Source: Candidatus Solincola daggyaiensis
GTDB lineage: Bacteria; Actinomycetota; Geothermincolia; Geothermincolales; RBG-13-55-18
Assembly (NCBI GenBank): GCA_015711825.1
Contig: JACVJD010000004.1
Location: 1-58,411, forward strand
Length of the DNA stretch: 58,411 nucleotides
Direction: 5' to 3'
Of the stretch, positions 1 to 9,393 are shown in pieces. Position numbers and translations under genes: made by a program. Under the pieces are notes generated by a model that ran no database searches, was not told the DNA's origin, and saw nothing but the letters and a program-made list of their open reading frames with translations. Numbering within the stretch: position 1 is the stretch's first letter; each line of letters starts with the position of its first letter.

Positions 1-57
1 CCTGCCGCGGTCTGGGCATCGAGCGCATCTCGTCCCGGGTGTCCGTACGCTGAGGCT

Positions 58-1143
58 TCACTCCTTCACCACCCGCAGCTTGGAGACGTCGACCTCGTTG
101 CCCTTGCTCACCGTTTTGTAGTACCACTTGCCCGTCTTGATGTCGTACCACAGGGACCAGTTGCTCTTGGAGGTGAGCACCTTCTCGTTGCCCTTAAGGT
201 CCACCACCACCAGGCTGTAGCCTTTCTCCGGGGTGACCTTGACCCTGCTGCCGGCGGGGGTGTAGATGATGTTGTCCACGGGTTTCTTCCAGAACTCGGG
301 GTCCAGCCCGATGTCGGTGTAGGCGTAATCGCCCCAGCTCCTGGGATAGCGCTTGTTCTTCTCGTAGTACTGCTTGATGAGGTCCACCATGCCGATGGTT
401 ATCTCGCCGAAGCCGTCCCCCAGGGGCGTCTTCTTCTCGGATGCCGCCTTGCCCAGCACGTGGCTCCAGGCCACCTTGCGCGGCTGGTCGTGCCGGAACC
501 TGGTGCCGTCCGAGCGCGTGCCCACCTGGTTGTCGGTGAGGCAGGTCACGGAGAGGCCGTCGGTGACGTAGTCGTACTTCCCGGCCACCTCGCCCACCCC
601 CCTGCCGTTGGAGGGGCAGTCGAAGGGGCCGTGTCCTTTCCCCCCCTCCTCCGCCAGCATCGCCGTGGGCAGGCCGGGGAGGGTGCAATAGGGGTTGAAG
701 GGGACCCCGCCGCGGGCCTCGAAGTACTCGGCCAGGGAGCGGCCGGTGTCTCCGGCTATGTTTCCGTCCAGGTCGATATAGGCCTCGCCGCCGCCGGGAA
801 GGCAGCCGTCGTCCAGCAGCGACTCGTCGGGGTGGTCGGCCCTCCATCGCATGATGGCGTACTCCACGGACCTCTCGTTGTGCAGGCAGACGCTCCGCTC
901 GGCCACGTCCCTCACCGAGACGTAAACGGGAAGCGCCAGGGCAGCGAGTATGCCGATGAGCAGGATGACGATGGTTATCTCGATCAAGGTGAAGCCGGGA
1001 GAGAACCCCTTCTCGCGCGCCGTTACGGACACGCCGGCGCGAGGATTTCCCGGTCCCCGCGCGTCCGCCCGGAGAGCCCGGCCCTTAAGCGCGGCCTGGC
1101 GGGAACTAGGCGACTGCGCCGCTCTTTTATCCCCTGCCTTCAT
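58..1143 (-). CDS. Prepilin-type N-terminal cleavage/methylation domain protein (pilin/pseudopilin-like) with large C-terminal extension
   Basis: Class III signal G|FTLIEITIVILLIGILAALALPVY. ATG at 1143 lies just after the stop of the upstream gene with a GAGGT RBS. Exact start uncertain. Confidence 0.8.
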   Translation of the reverse strand: MKAGDKRAAQSPSSRQAALKGRALRADARGPGNPRAGVSVTAREKGFSPGFTLIEITIVILLIGILAALALPVYVSVRDVAERSVCLHNERSVEYAIMRWRADHPDESLLDDGCLPGGGEAYIDLDGNIAGDTGRSLAEYFEARGGVPFNPYCTLPGLPTAMLAEEGGKGHGPFDCPSNGRGVGEVAGKYDYVTDGLSVTCLTDNQVGTRSDGTRFRHDQPRKVAWSHVLGKAASEKKTPLGDGFGEITIGMVDLIKQYYEKNKRYPRSWGDYAYTDIGLDPEFWKKPVDNIIYTPAGSRVKVTPEKGYSLVVVDLKGNEKVLTSKSNWSLWYDIKTGKWYYKTVSKGNEVDVSKLRVVKE

Positions 1144-1147
1144 GACC

Positions 1148-1786
1148 TCACCCCCCCTTCGCCACACCCGAGGCCGTTCCCCCATCGCGCACGGGCACGG
1201 AGGCGTCGCTGCTTCTGATGGACTCCGACCCATGGGCCTGGGGATTGGGGCAAGACAGCTCGAAGCCCGTCCCCGTCACCACGTAAACGTAGGGCGCCCC
1301 CGTTGCCGGACAAGCCGGCTCCACCTCCAGGTAGCCGCCCAGAGCATCCAGGGAGGAAGGGTAATTCCCGTGCTCCTCGCGGTAGGCGCGCAGGGCCAGG
1401 CGCACTTCCTGCATGTCGGCTATGCATTCGTCGCCGCTCCAGGTCTCCTGCTCCTGCGGAGATCCCTGGGCCGGAGCGGCGTTGAGGGCGAAGTGCTTAT
1501 AGAGGATGAACCCCACCGCTCCCGCGATAAGCAAGGAAGTCGCCACCGCCACCGCCAGGAACCCGCGCGAGCCCACCCTTCTTTTTCCAGCCCCCGCGTC
1601 TTCGCGCTCGGCCTTGGCCTCGGTCTCCCTGCCCCGGAACTCCGCCAGCTGCCTGTCCACGGCGCAGTCGTAACAGTAGGCCGCCCCTTCCTCGACCAGC
1701 TCCACGCATTCGTCACACAACGGCTTTCCGCAGCCCGCACAGGCGCGGCCCGCTTCGCGATCCGCATGGTTGCCGCACCTCGCCAC
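1148..1786 (-). CDS. B-box-like zinc finger membrane protein with pseudopilin-like C-terminal domain
   Basis: N-terminal CxxH..CxxC..CxxC..CxxC, one TM (FLAVAVATSLLIAGAVGFILY), then ALRAYREEHGNYPSSLDAL...CPATGAPYVY resembling a GspG globular region. Confidence 0.7.
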   Translation of the reverse strand: MARCGNHADREAGRACAGCGKPLCDECVELVEEGAAYCYDCAVDRQLAEFRGRETEAKAEREDAGAGKRRVGSRGFLAVAVATSLLIAGAVGFILYKHFALNAAPAQGSPQEQETWSGDECIADMQEVRLALRAYREEHGNYPSSLDALGGYLEVEPACPATGAPYVYVVTGTGFELSCPNPQAHGSESIRSSDASVPVRDGGTASGVAKGG

Positions 1787-1804
1787 CTTGCATCACCCCC
1801 TGCG

Positions 1805-3490
1805 TCATCGCGGGATGGCGCGGGCTACCTCCTCCGCCGAGGTCATCCCCTGCGCCACCTTCTTGACGGCGTTGCGCCACATGGTATCCATGCCCTCCTC
1901 CACCGCGCGGGACCTCACCTCCCTGGGATTGACCTGCGTGGTGGTGAGGGTCTTGATGCCCTCGCTCATGGGCATGACCTCGAAAACGCCGATACGGCCC
2001 TTATACCCCGTGTTGTTGCAGTACTTGCAACCCACGGGGCGGTAGAGGATGCCGCCGTCGGCGTCCTTTATCCCAAGCTGCTCCATCACCTCGGGGGAGG
2101 GAGTGTAGGCCTCCTTGCAGCGGGGGCACAGCTTTCTCACCAGCCTCTGGGCGATGATCGTCTTGACCACCTCCCGCACGTAGTAGGGCTCGATGCCCAT
2201 ATCCACCAGCCTGGGCACCGTCTCCGGCGCCCCGGTGGTGTGCAGGGTGCTCAGCAGGAGGTGCCCGGTGAGGGCGGCCTGCACCGATATGTGGGCGGTC
2301 TCCTTGTCCCTTATCTCCCCCACCAGGATGATGTCGGGGTCCTGGCGCAGCACCGACCTCAGGATGGTCGCGAAGTCGAGCCCGATCTTGTGGTTGACCG
2401 GTATCTGGTTCACCATCCCCAGGCGGTATTCCACCGGGTCCTCGATGGTGATTATCTTCCGGCTCACGTCGGAAAGCTCGTTGAGCACCGCGTAGAGGGT
2501 GGTGGTCTTGCCGCTTCCCGTGGGGCCGGTGACCAGGATGAAGCCGTGGGGCTCCTCCAGGGCCCTGAGCAGCTTACGCATGTCCGCGTCCTCCAGCCCC
2601 AGGTCCGCGAGGCTCACCCTCGCCTTGGACTGGTCCAGTATCCTGATGATCACCGCCTCCCCGTAGATGGTGGGGGCGGTGGCGACGCGGAAGTCCACGT
2701 CCTTGCCGCCGTACTTCACGAAGAAACGGCCGTCCTGGGGCAGGCGCCGCTCCGCGATGTTCAGCTCCGCGAGCACCTTCACCCGCGAGACCAGGGCGTT
2801 GAGCACCTCCACGGGCAGGATGCGGGCCTCCATGAGCACGCCGTCGATGCGGTATCTCACCCGCACCAGGTTCTCCTGCGGCTCGATGTGGATATCGCTG
2901 GCGCCCTCCTTGATGGCGCGGGTGAGGAGGAGGTTGACCAGCTTGACCACCGGCCCCTCGTCCACCCTCACCTCGTCCAGAGACTCGGGCGCGTAGCGGT
3001 CCACAAACTCCAGGTGGTCCTCGTCCCAATCCATGAGCTCGCTCTCCAGGCCGCCATGCTTGAAGAAGTAGTCGATGGCCTCGAGGATGTCCTCCTCATC
3101 GCTGAGGATAGGCTCCAGGGTGTATCCAGAGGCGAAGGCCAGCATGTCCAGTGAGGCGGTGTCGAAGGGGCAGCTCACCGCCACGGTGAGGATGTCGCCG
3201 ATGAGGGTGACGGGTATGGCCACCAGGTTCCTGGCCACGTTGGCGGGGATGAGCTTGACCGCCTCGGGGTCGATGAGATCCACGGAGAGCTTCACGTAGG
3301 GTATTTCCACATGGTTCGATATGAACTCCTTGAGCTGCTCGCGGGTGGTGAACCCCTCCTTTATCAGGACATCCTTGAGCCGCTGCCCGGTGGTCTTCTG
3401 CAGCTTGAGGGCTATTTCCAGCTGCTCCTGGGTGATCATGCCCTTCTCCACCAGGACGCTTCCCAGCCCGCCGTCCACGTTTCCGGTCAT
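1805..3490 (-). CDS. GspE/PilB family type II/IV secretion ATPase
   Basis: N-terminal MshEN-like LGSVLVEKGMIT, ASDIHIEP, Walker A GPTGSGKTTT, RQDPDIILVGEIRD, LSTLHT and a Cys4 zinc motif. Confidence 0.95.
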   Translation of the reverse strand: MTGNVDGGLGSVLVEKGMITQEQLEIALKLQKTTGQRLKDVLIKEGFTTREQLKEFISNHVEIPYVKLSVDLIDPEAVKLIPANVARNLVAIPVTLIGDILTVAVSCPFDTASLDMLAFASGYTLEPILSDEEDILEAIDYFFKHGGLESELMDWDEDHLEFVDRYAPESLDEVRVDEGPVVKLVNLLLTRAIKEGASDIHIEPQENLVRVRYRIDGVLMEARILPVEVLNALVSRVKVLAELNIAERRLPQDGRFFVKYGGKDVDFRVATAPTIYGEAVIIRILDQSKARVSLADLGLEDADMRKLLRALEEPHGFILVTGPTGSGKTTTLYAVLNELSDVSRKIITIEDPVEYRLGMVNQIPVNHKIGLDFATILRSVLRQDPDIILVGEIRDKETAHISVQAALTGHLLLSTLHTTGAPETVPRLVDMGIEPYYVREVVKTIIAQRLVRKLCPRCKEAYTPSPEVMEQLGIKDADGGILYRPVGCKYCNNTGYKGRIGVFEVMPMSEGIKTLTTTQVNPREVRSRAVEEGMDTMWRNAVKKVAQGMTSAEEVARAIPR

Positions 3491-3532
3491 GCTTCACCAC
3501 CTCGCCTGCCGCTCGCCGCCGCCCCCCGCGCG

Positions 3533-3940
3533 CTAGCCTTCCTTTCCGCGCGCCGTCAGGCTGGCCTCTCCCGCCAGCTCCTCCACCTTGCGCATGAACT
3601 CCTCGCGCTCCTCCGGCCTCGCCGGCTTGGGAAGGTAGAGGTCGGCTCCCGCCTCCATAGCCACCCGGTGGTAGTTCTGTTTCATGTAGATGGCGCTGGT
3701 CATCACCACCGGCGTGCGCTCCTCGTCCTCCAGCTCGCGGATGTTCTCCACCAGCTTGAAGCCGTTCATCTTGGGTATGAGGCAGTCCGTGACCACCACG
3801 TCGGGCTTGTCGGCAAGGAACCTTCGCAACGCCTGCTCGCCGTCCCGGGCGACGATGACCTCGTGGCCCCTGGCCTCGAGGGCGTCCTTGGTCACCTGCA
3901 GGATGAGCTCCGAGTCCTCGACCAGAAGAATGCGGGCCAT
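3533..3940 (-). CDS. Single-domain response regulator receiver (CheY-like)
   Basis: ILLVEDS, VVVTDCLIPKMNG (phospho-Asp), YLPKP. No output domain. Confidence 0.9.
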   Translation of the reverse strand: MARILLVEDSELILQVTKDALEARGHEVIVARDGEQALRRFLADKPDVVVTDCLIPKMNGFKLVENIRELEDEERTPVVMTSAIYMKQNYHRVAMEAGADLYLPKPARPEEREEFMRKVEELAGEASLTARGKEG

Positions 3941-4143
3941 CTTCCCTCACCCCTCTTCCGCGCTTTTTCGCCTTTGCGCATGCCTGCGTCTCCTCACGCA
4001 TCCTGTTCGCGTTGCGGTGATATAGGCTCCGGCGGAGGCTTGCCGCCGCGTCCCCCTGCGAGGCCGCTCCCATATCTTTCCGGCTGAACCGCGACGGAGT
4101 AAACGCTTACACTCTCGATATCGTTCGCGTTTACCGAAGGTTA

Positions 4144-4183
4144 ATAGCCCGAGCGGGTGATTGAAATCACCCGCTCGGGCTAT
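4144..4183. terminator. Perfect 18-bp inverted repeat, probable terminator of the minus-strand operon
   Basis: ATAGCCCGAGCGGGTGAT-TGAA-ATCACCCGCTCGGGCTAT, about 130 nt downstream of the stop at 4312. U-tract weak. Confidence 0.55.
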
Positions 4184-4311
4184 AGCCGCGCCGGACCGCC
4201 GCGCAGAGGTCGCCGCCGCGACCGCGTATGGGGCATCAGGCGCGGTTTCGGCGGCGTGGTGGGCCCGCGGGGGCCCCGCGCCGGCGCCGAAACCGCGCCC
4301 TGGGGACCGCC

Positions 4312-4506
4312 TCAGGCGTAATAGCGGCCCGGCAGGTAGGGCACCTGTTTGAGGAGGTGCAGGATGAATCTTTTCCTGGACTCGTCCAGCCGGGTGAACT
4401 GGAGGGCGAGCAGGGCCGCGAGGCAGGCCAGGATCAAGAGTGCCGCCTTCCTCCCCCTTCCTTTTCCGCCTCCACTCAGGTCATCGGCGTTCTCTTTCTT
4501 AAGCAT
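4312..4506 (-). CDS. Small single-TM membrane protein (64 aa), paralog of 12469..12618
   Basis: GGGAGGGAG RBS before ATG 4506. Basic N-terminus, hydrophobic AALLILACLAALLAL, C-terminus RFILHLLKQVPYLPGRYYA. Confidence 0.75.
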   Translation of the reverse strand: MLKKENADDLSGGGKGRGRKAALLILACLAALLALQFTRLDESRKRFILHLLKQVPYLPGRYYA

Positions 4507-4669
4507 GTCTCCCTCCCGGGTTCCCAAAACTCCATATGCTACCTTTTGCCGCACAAGTCAAGCGCCATTCATGGGTATTCCTTCCAGGAAAGAAGGACCG
4601 GCGCTCTCACACCGTACTCACGCCATCACCTTCTTGGTGCCGCGTTGAAGCCACCGGCCACCATCGCGC

Positions 4670-6166
4670 TCACTCGTATTTCTCGATGAGCTTGGAGGCG
4701 ATATACCCGGAGGCCACCGCCGAGGGCACTCCCCCGCCGGGGTGGGTGGAGGCCCCGGTGAGGTAAAGGCCCCGGATGGTCTTGGACCTGGCCGCGGGGC
4801 GGAACACCGCCTGGGCGGGAAGGTCCATCTGCAGGCCGTAGATGGCCCCGCCGGGCGAGAGCAGCCGACGCTCGAAATCCAGCGGGGTCGAAACCTCCAG
4901 CACCTTCACGTGGTCCTTAAGCCCGGGGATGGCCTTCTCGGAGAGGCCCTCGATCATGCGCTCCGCCACGCGCTGTTTCTCGCGGTCCCAATCGGTGCCC
5001 GAGAGCTTGTAGGGCCCCATGCCCATGATATTGAGGACGTGGCAGCCCTCCGGGGCCATGGAGGGGTCGGACTCCGTGGGCCAGCAGATGAGGCCGTGCA
5101 CCTGCTCCGGGATCTCCCCGCGCCGGTACTCGTTCCACCAGAAGTCGTTCATCATCTCCAGGGGCCCGATGGTCAGGCTGTGGTGGGCCTCCAGGGGCGG
5201 CCGGTAGTCGAGCCCCACGTAGAGCATGACGCAGGACATGGAGACCTCGTAGCTCTTGATGCCGAAGCGCGCCAGCCAGGGCAGGTGCTCCTCGCCGATC
5301 ATCTCCAGGTAGAGCTTCTTGGCGTTGATATTGGAGACCACCAGGTCGGAGGTGATCTCGCTGCCGTCCGCCAGCCGCACCCCCTGCACCCTGCGGTCGC
5401 GCACCATCACCTTTTCCACCCGCGTGCCGAGGCGCACCTCCATGCCCAGCTTCTCTCCGCAGCGCCGGAAGGCCTGGGGGATCTGGATCATGCCCCCGCG
5501 CGGGTACCAGATGCCCTCGTGCTCGGAGTAGGGGATGAGGGCGATGAACCCGGGTGCCAGCTCCGGCGGCAGGCCGCAGTAAAAGGACTGGAAGGACATG
5601 GTCTGCTGCACCACGTCGTTCTTGAAGTACTTCTTGATCACGTCCTGGTAGCTGGTGACGAAGAGGGGGAGGAACTTGAGCATGCGCGGGTTCTTCAGGC
5701 CCATCTTCACCATGTCCAGCATGTTGTTGCAGGGGTTGGTGAAGAAGGCCTCGATGGTCTGCTTCATCATCTCCGCGAAGTAGTCCGCGAGCTGGTACCA
5801 CTGCTTGCCGTCCTCGGGGGAGATGGACGAGATCACCTCCGCCGTCCCCTCCAGGGAGACGGGGTAATTGACCCGGGACCCGTCCTCGAAGATGTAGCTG
5901 TAGATGGGGTCGCAGGGCATGAGGTCCACTTCCTTCCGGAAGGAGGTGCCCAGGGTCTCGAAGGCCTTCTCTATGGGGTGGATGACCTCCACGATGGAGG
6001 CCCCCACGTCGAAGTGAAAGCCCTCCCTCTCGAAGGTGGAGCAGCATCCCCCCACGCGCTCGCTCTGCTCCAGGACCAGCACCTTGCGCCCCTGCTTGGC
6101 CAGCAGGGAGCCGGCGGAGATGCCTCCGCACCCCGCCCCGATCACGATCACGTCGTAGTCCGCCAT
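4670..6166 (-). CDS. Phytoene dehydrogenase-like (COG1233/CrtI family) FAD oxidoreductase
   Basis: YDVIVIGAGCGG dinucleotide fold, GGCCSTFEREGFHFDVGAS, C-terminal LYLTGASTHPGGGVP. GGAGG RBS before ATG 6166. Confidence 0.9.
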   Translation of the reverse strand: MADYDVIVIGAGCGGISAGSLLAKQGRKVLVLEQSERVGGCCSTFEREGFHFDVGASIVEVIHPIEKAFETLGTSFRKEVDLMPCDPIYSYIFEDGSRVNYPVSLEGTAEVISSISPEDGKQWYQLADYFAEMMKQTIEAFFTNPCNNMLDMVKMGLKNPRMLKFLPLFVTSYQDVIKKYFKNDVVQQTMSFQSFYCGLPPELAPGFIALIPYSEHEGIWYPRGGMIQIPQAFRRCGEKLGMEVRLGTRVEKVMVRDRRVQGVRLADGSEITSDLVVSNINAKKLYLEMIGEEHLPWLARFGIKSYEVSMSCVMLYVGLDYRPPLEAHHSLTIGPLEMMNDFWWNEYRRGEIPEQVHGLICWPTESDPSMAPEGCHVLNIMGMGPYKLSGTDWDREKQRVAERMIEGLSEKAIPGLKDHVKVLEVSTPLDFERRLLSPGGAIYGLQMDLPAQAVFRPAARSKTIRGLYLTGASTHPGGGVPSAVASGYIASKLIEKYE

Positions 6167-6409
6167 TGCTCGACCTCCCGTTCCTCCCATGCGGTATCTT
6201 CGTTCACCGGTAAAAGGTCATCCCTCATCCCTGCGCAAGGGATAGAGGGGCCCATGGCCTTACGAAGTCCCGCCCTCCCGGCGTTCCCTTCATCTCCATC
6301 CATGCCCCCTCCCCGGTTGCGGAGGGGCCGCGCCCTGACCCTCCCGCGGCCGCCGCTCCCGCCCGCTTTCCGGTTGCGCGCTTTCCGCCTCGCCACAGAA
6401 GCCTGCGCC

Positions 6410-8023
6410 TCAAAGCGCCGCCTTCTTCATGCGCAGCGTCTCGTAGTCGAAACGGCGCATGCAGATGTTGTTGGGGTCGTAGATCATCTTCATGTCCCGG
6501 TAGGTGTCCACGTAGGTCCCCGCCTGGGGGAAGATGAAGCCGATGAGGTCGTGCAGGGGCCCCGCTCCCTCCACCAGCGCCCACACCCCGAAGCATATCC
6601 CGGAGCCGTTGCGGAAGGAGGCGGCCATGGCCGCCAGGGTCCCGGAGATGGTGCGCAGGCTGTCCTCGGGATTGGACTGGTCGATGAAGATGTCGAACTC
6701 GATGAAGCCCAGCCTCCCCATGTCGTAGGGCTGGAAATAGGTGGCGATGAGGTCGGCGGAGATGACGTTGTCGTCCGTCCCCACCTGCTGGGTCATGGCC
6801 CGCATCATGTCGCTGTTGATCTTCACCAGGTTGTCCAGGTGATCGAGGCCGAAGCCCACGAAGAAGGAGCCTTTCACCCGCTGCACGCGCACCGACTCGC
6901 GGAAGAATTTGGTAAATTTATCCACACCGAGGATGCGCCCCTCGGAGATGTCCTCCACCACCTCCCAGTCCATGAACTCGAACTCCGGCGCCACCGCCAG
7001 GATGTCCTCCTCGCACACCTTGCACTTGACCTCCGTCTCCTCCTCGGAGTATCCCCCGGTCACCGGCACCACGTAATGCCGCGGGAACATGGGTATGAGC
7101 TTGGAGGACTCGGCGTTGGTCTCGGCGAGGAAGATGCCCATGTAGGTGTTCTGGAAATAGGCGTTCTCGATGACGATGTTGCGCTGGCTGATGGCCTTGA
7201 GGGCGGGCGCGATGTGGTCCCAGCTCTCGGAATCGCTGATGGGCACGGTGAGCTTGACGTGATCGGGGTTAGGGTAAAGGCGCAGGGTCATCTCGGTGAT
7301 GATGCCCATGGTGCCCATGGAGCCGCGGATAAAGGCGCGCACGTCCGGGCCGGGACCGGGCATGTGCGCGGGGTCGGCCCCGTACGCCCTCGGCCCTCCC
7401 ACCATCACCTGACCCTCGGGGAGCACGATCTTGTAGCCGATGATGTGGTCCAGCCCCACCCCGTACTTGTTGGCCAGGGTGGAGATGTTGCCCATCATGA
7501 TGTTGGAGACCACCGAGGCGTTGGCGGAGGTGGAGGGGTTGATGAGGCGCAGCCCGCGCTTGAGGGTCTCCGTCTGCAGCTGGGCGAAGGTCACCCCGGG
7601 GCCGATGGTGCAGAACATGTTCTCCTCGTCGATCTCGAGGATCTCGTCCATGCGGCGCATGTCGCAGAGGAGTCCGCCGTAGGGCGGTATGGTCATGCCC
7701 AGGGTGTTAAGGCCCGTCCCGTAGGGGGTGACGTCTATGAGATATTTGTTGGCGATCTTCATTATCGCCACCACGTCCTCCGTGGAGCCGGGCAGGGCCA
7801 CGATATGGGGGTGGTTCATGGGCACCACGGACTGGTCTCGCGCGTAGGCCACGGTGATGTTGATGTCGTCGGAGACCCACTCCTCGCCCAGCGCCTCCTG
7901 GAGCTCGCGGTAGGCCTTCTCCAGGTTCTCGGGCAGGTTGTGGGTGCCGTCGATCTCGTGCTTCACCGGCACCTTGATGATCTTGCGCTCCCGCAGGTCC
8001 TTCTGAAGGTCCTTTCCCTTCAC
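6410..8023 (-). CDS. FAD-binding oxidoreductase (FAD_binding_4; GlcD/VAO-like)
   Basis: PHIVALPGSTEDV, PYGTG, IGPGVTF, GSMGTMGIITEMT, C-terminal YDPNNI. GTG start after AAGGAGGT. Confidence 0.85.
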   Translation of the reverse strand: MKGKDLQKDLRERKIIKVPVKHEIDGTHNLPENLEKAYRELQEALGEEWVSDDINITVAYARDQSVVPMNHPHIVALPGSTEDVVAIMKIANKYLIDVTPYGTGLNTLGMTIPPYGGLLCDMRRMDEILEIDEENMFCTIGPGVTFAQLQTETLKRGLRLINPSTSANASVVSNIMMGNISTLANKYGVGLDHIIGYKIVLPEGQVMVGGPRAYGADPAHMPGPGPDVRAFIRGSMGTMGIITEMTLRLYPNPDHVKLTVPISDSESWDHIAPALKAISQRNIVIENAYFQNTYMGIFLAETNAESSKLIPMFPRHYVVPVTGGYSEEETEVKCKVCEEDILAVAPEFEFMDWEVVEDISEGRILGVDKFTKFFRESVRVQRVKGSFFVGFGLDHLDNLVKINSDMMRAMTQQVGTDDNVISADLIATYFQPYDMGRLGFIEFDIFIDQSNPEDSLRTISGTLAAMAASFRNGSGICFGVWALVEGAGPLHDLIGFIFPQAGTYVDTYRDMKMIYDPNNICMRRFDYETLRMKKAAL

Positions 8024-8190
8024 CTCCACCACCTCCTTACGGTATCGGGGATCTGCCCTTCGCGATGCTGATCGCCCACGCCGCAAGCGGGGGTTCGTCT
8101 TTGAGAGCTGCTCCCAGTCACCGATCCCTTAACGCCGGGGCAAAGAAGACGGGCGCCGGGGAGCGTCGGCCTTGCATCCAGGAGTTTCAT

Positions 8191-9390
8191 TCAAACCACC
8201 TCCCCCAGGCCGTTAGCCAGCGCCTCGAAGATGTCATAGACAGGCAGATCCCCCGCGGCGGCGAAATGGTCCTCGCAGTGGGGGCAGGCGGTGACGACGG
8301 CCTCGGCGCCCACCTCCCGCGCCTCCTCCAAGCGTTCCGCCGCCGTCCAGGCCGCCAGGTCGGGCTTGGCGGCTCGCACCCCTCCTCCGGCGCCGCAGCA
8401 CCAGGAGTTCTCGCGCTTGCGCTGGAACTCCAGCAGCTCCAGCCCCGGCACCGCCGCCAGCAGCCTGCGCGGCTGCTCGTATATCTCGCACCAGCGTCCC
8501 AGCATGCAGGGATCGTGGTAGGCGGCCTTGAGGGAGCTTTCCCCCTCGAAGCGCAGGGCCTTCTTCCTGAGCGCCCTGGAGAGGAGCTCCGTAGGATGTA
8601 CCACCTCCAGGTCCATGACCCGCCCGTACTCGTCCCGCAGGACCTGCAGGCAGTGGGGGCAGGCGGCGATGACGCGCTTGGCCCCGGTGGAGCGGAAGAG
8701 CTCGATGTTCTCGAGGGCATGCTCCTCGAAGCCGTCGCGATCCCCCAGAGCGAGGTTGAAGCTGCGGCAGCAGGGCTCCGCGTCGCCCAGCACCCCCACC
8801 TCCAGGCCCGCCGCCTTGAGCACCCGCACCATGGCGGCGAGCCTCTTGCGCATGGGTTCGCCGGCGGCGTAGGCGCATCCCACGAAGAGCAGGTTCTCGG
8901 CCTTTTCCCTGCCCAGGTCCTTCACCTCCAGGTCCTTCACCGCCTCTCCCTTGAAGCCCTTTTCCAGGCCGAAGGGGTTGTCCTCGGCGGCGGTGGAATC
9001 GAGCATGGCGCGGTGTCCCTCCAGGGGGCCCCATCCCTCCTCCACCGCCTTCTCCCGCATGAGCTGGATGATGCGCGTGGTGTGCAGTCCCTTGAGGGGA
9101 AAGCACATCTCCTGGCAGAGTCCGCAGAGGTTGCAGGAATAGATTATCTCCGCCGTCTTGGGGGTAGGCTCGAACTCCAGGTTGGTGAGGGCGCGGGCGA
9201 TCTCCATCATGCCGGCGGCGTAGTAGGACTCGAAGCGGTAACGGGTGCCGCAAGGACAGTTGTAGGAGAAGCGCGCGCTCTCGAACACCTGCACGTTCAT
9301 GGACTGGCACATCTTGCACTTTCCGCACACCCAGTAGTCGTCGCGGTAATCGGTGAGCTTCTCCCTTTTCCTGGTCAGTCCCCTCTCCAT
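8191..9390 (-). CDS. Fe-S oxidoreductase with CCG domains (GlcF/HdrD-like)
   Basis: CGKCKMC and CNLCGLCQEMC ferredoxin motifs; FVGC, EPCC, ACPHC, YHDPC, CCGAGGG, TACPHC. Confidence 0.9.
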   Translation of the reverse strand: MERGLTRKREKLTDYRDDYWVCGKCKMCQSMNVQVFESARFSYNCPCGTRYRFESYYAAGMMEIARALTNLEFEPTPKTAEIIYSCNLCGLCQEMCFPLKGLHTTRIIQLMREKAVEEGWGPLEGHRAMLDSTAAEDNPFGLEKGFKGEAVKDLEVKDLGREKAENLLFVGCAYAAGEPMRKRLAAMVRVLKAAGLEVGVLGDAEPCCRSFNLALGDRDGFEEHALENIELFRSTGAKRVIAACPHCLQVLRDEYGRVMDLEVVHPTELLSRALRKKALRFEGESSLKAAYHDPCMLGRWCEIYEQPRRLLAAVPGLELLEFQRKRENSWCCGAGGGVRAAKPDLAAWTAAERLEEAREVGAEAVVTACPHCEDHFAAAGDLPVYDIFEALANGLGEVV

Positions 9391-9393
9391 GGC

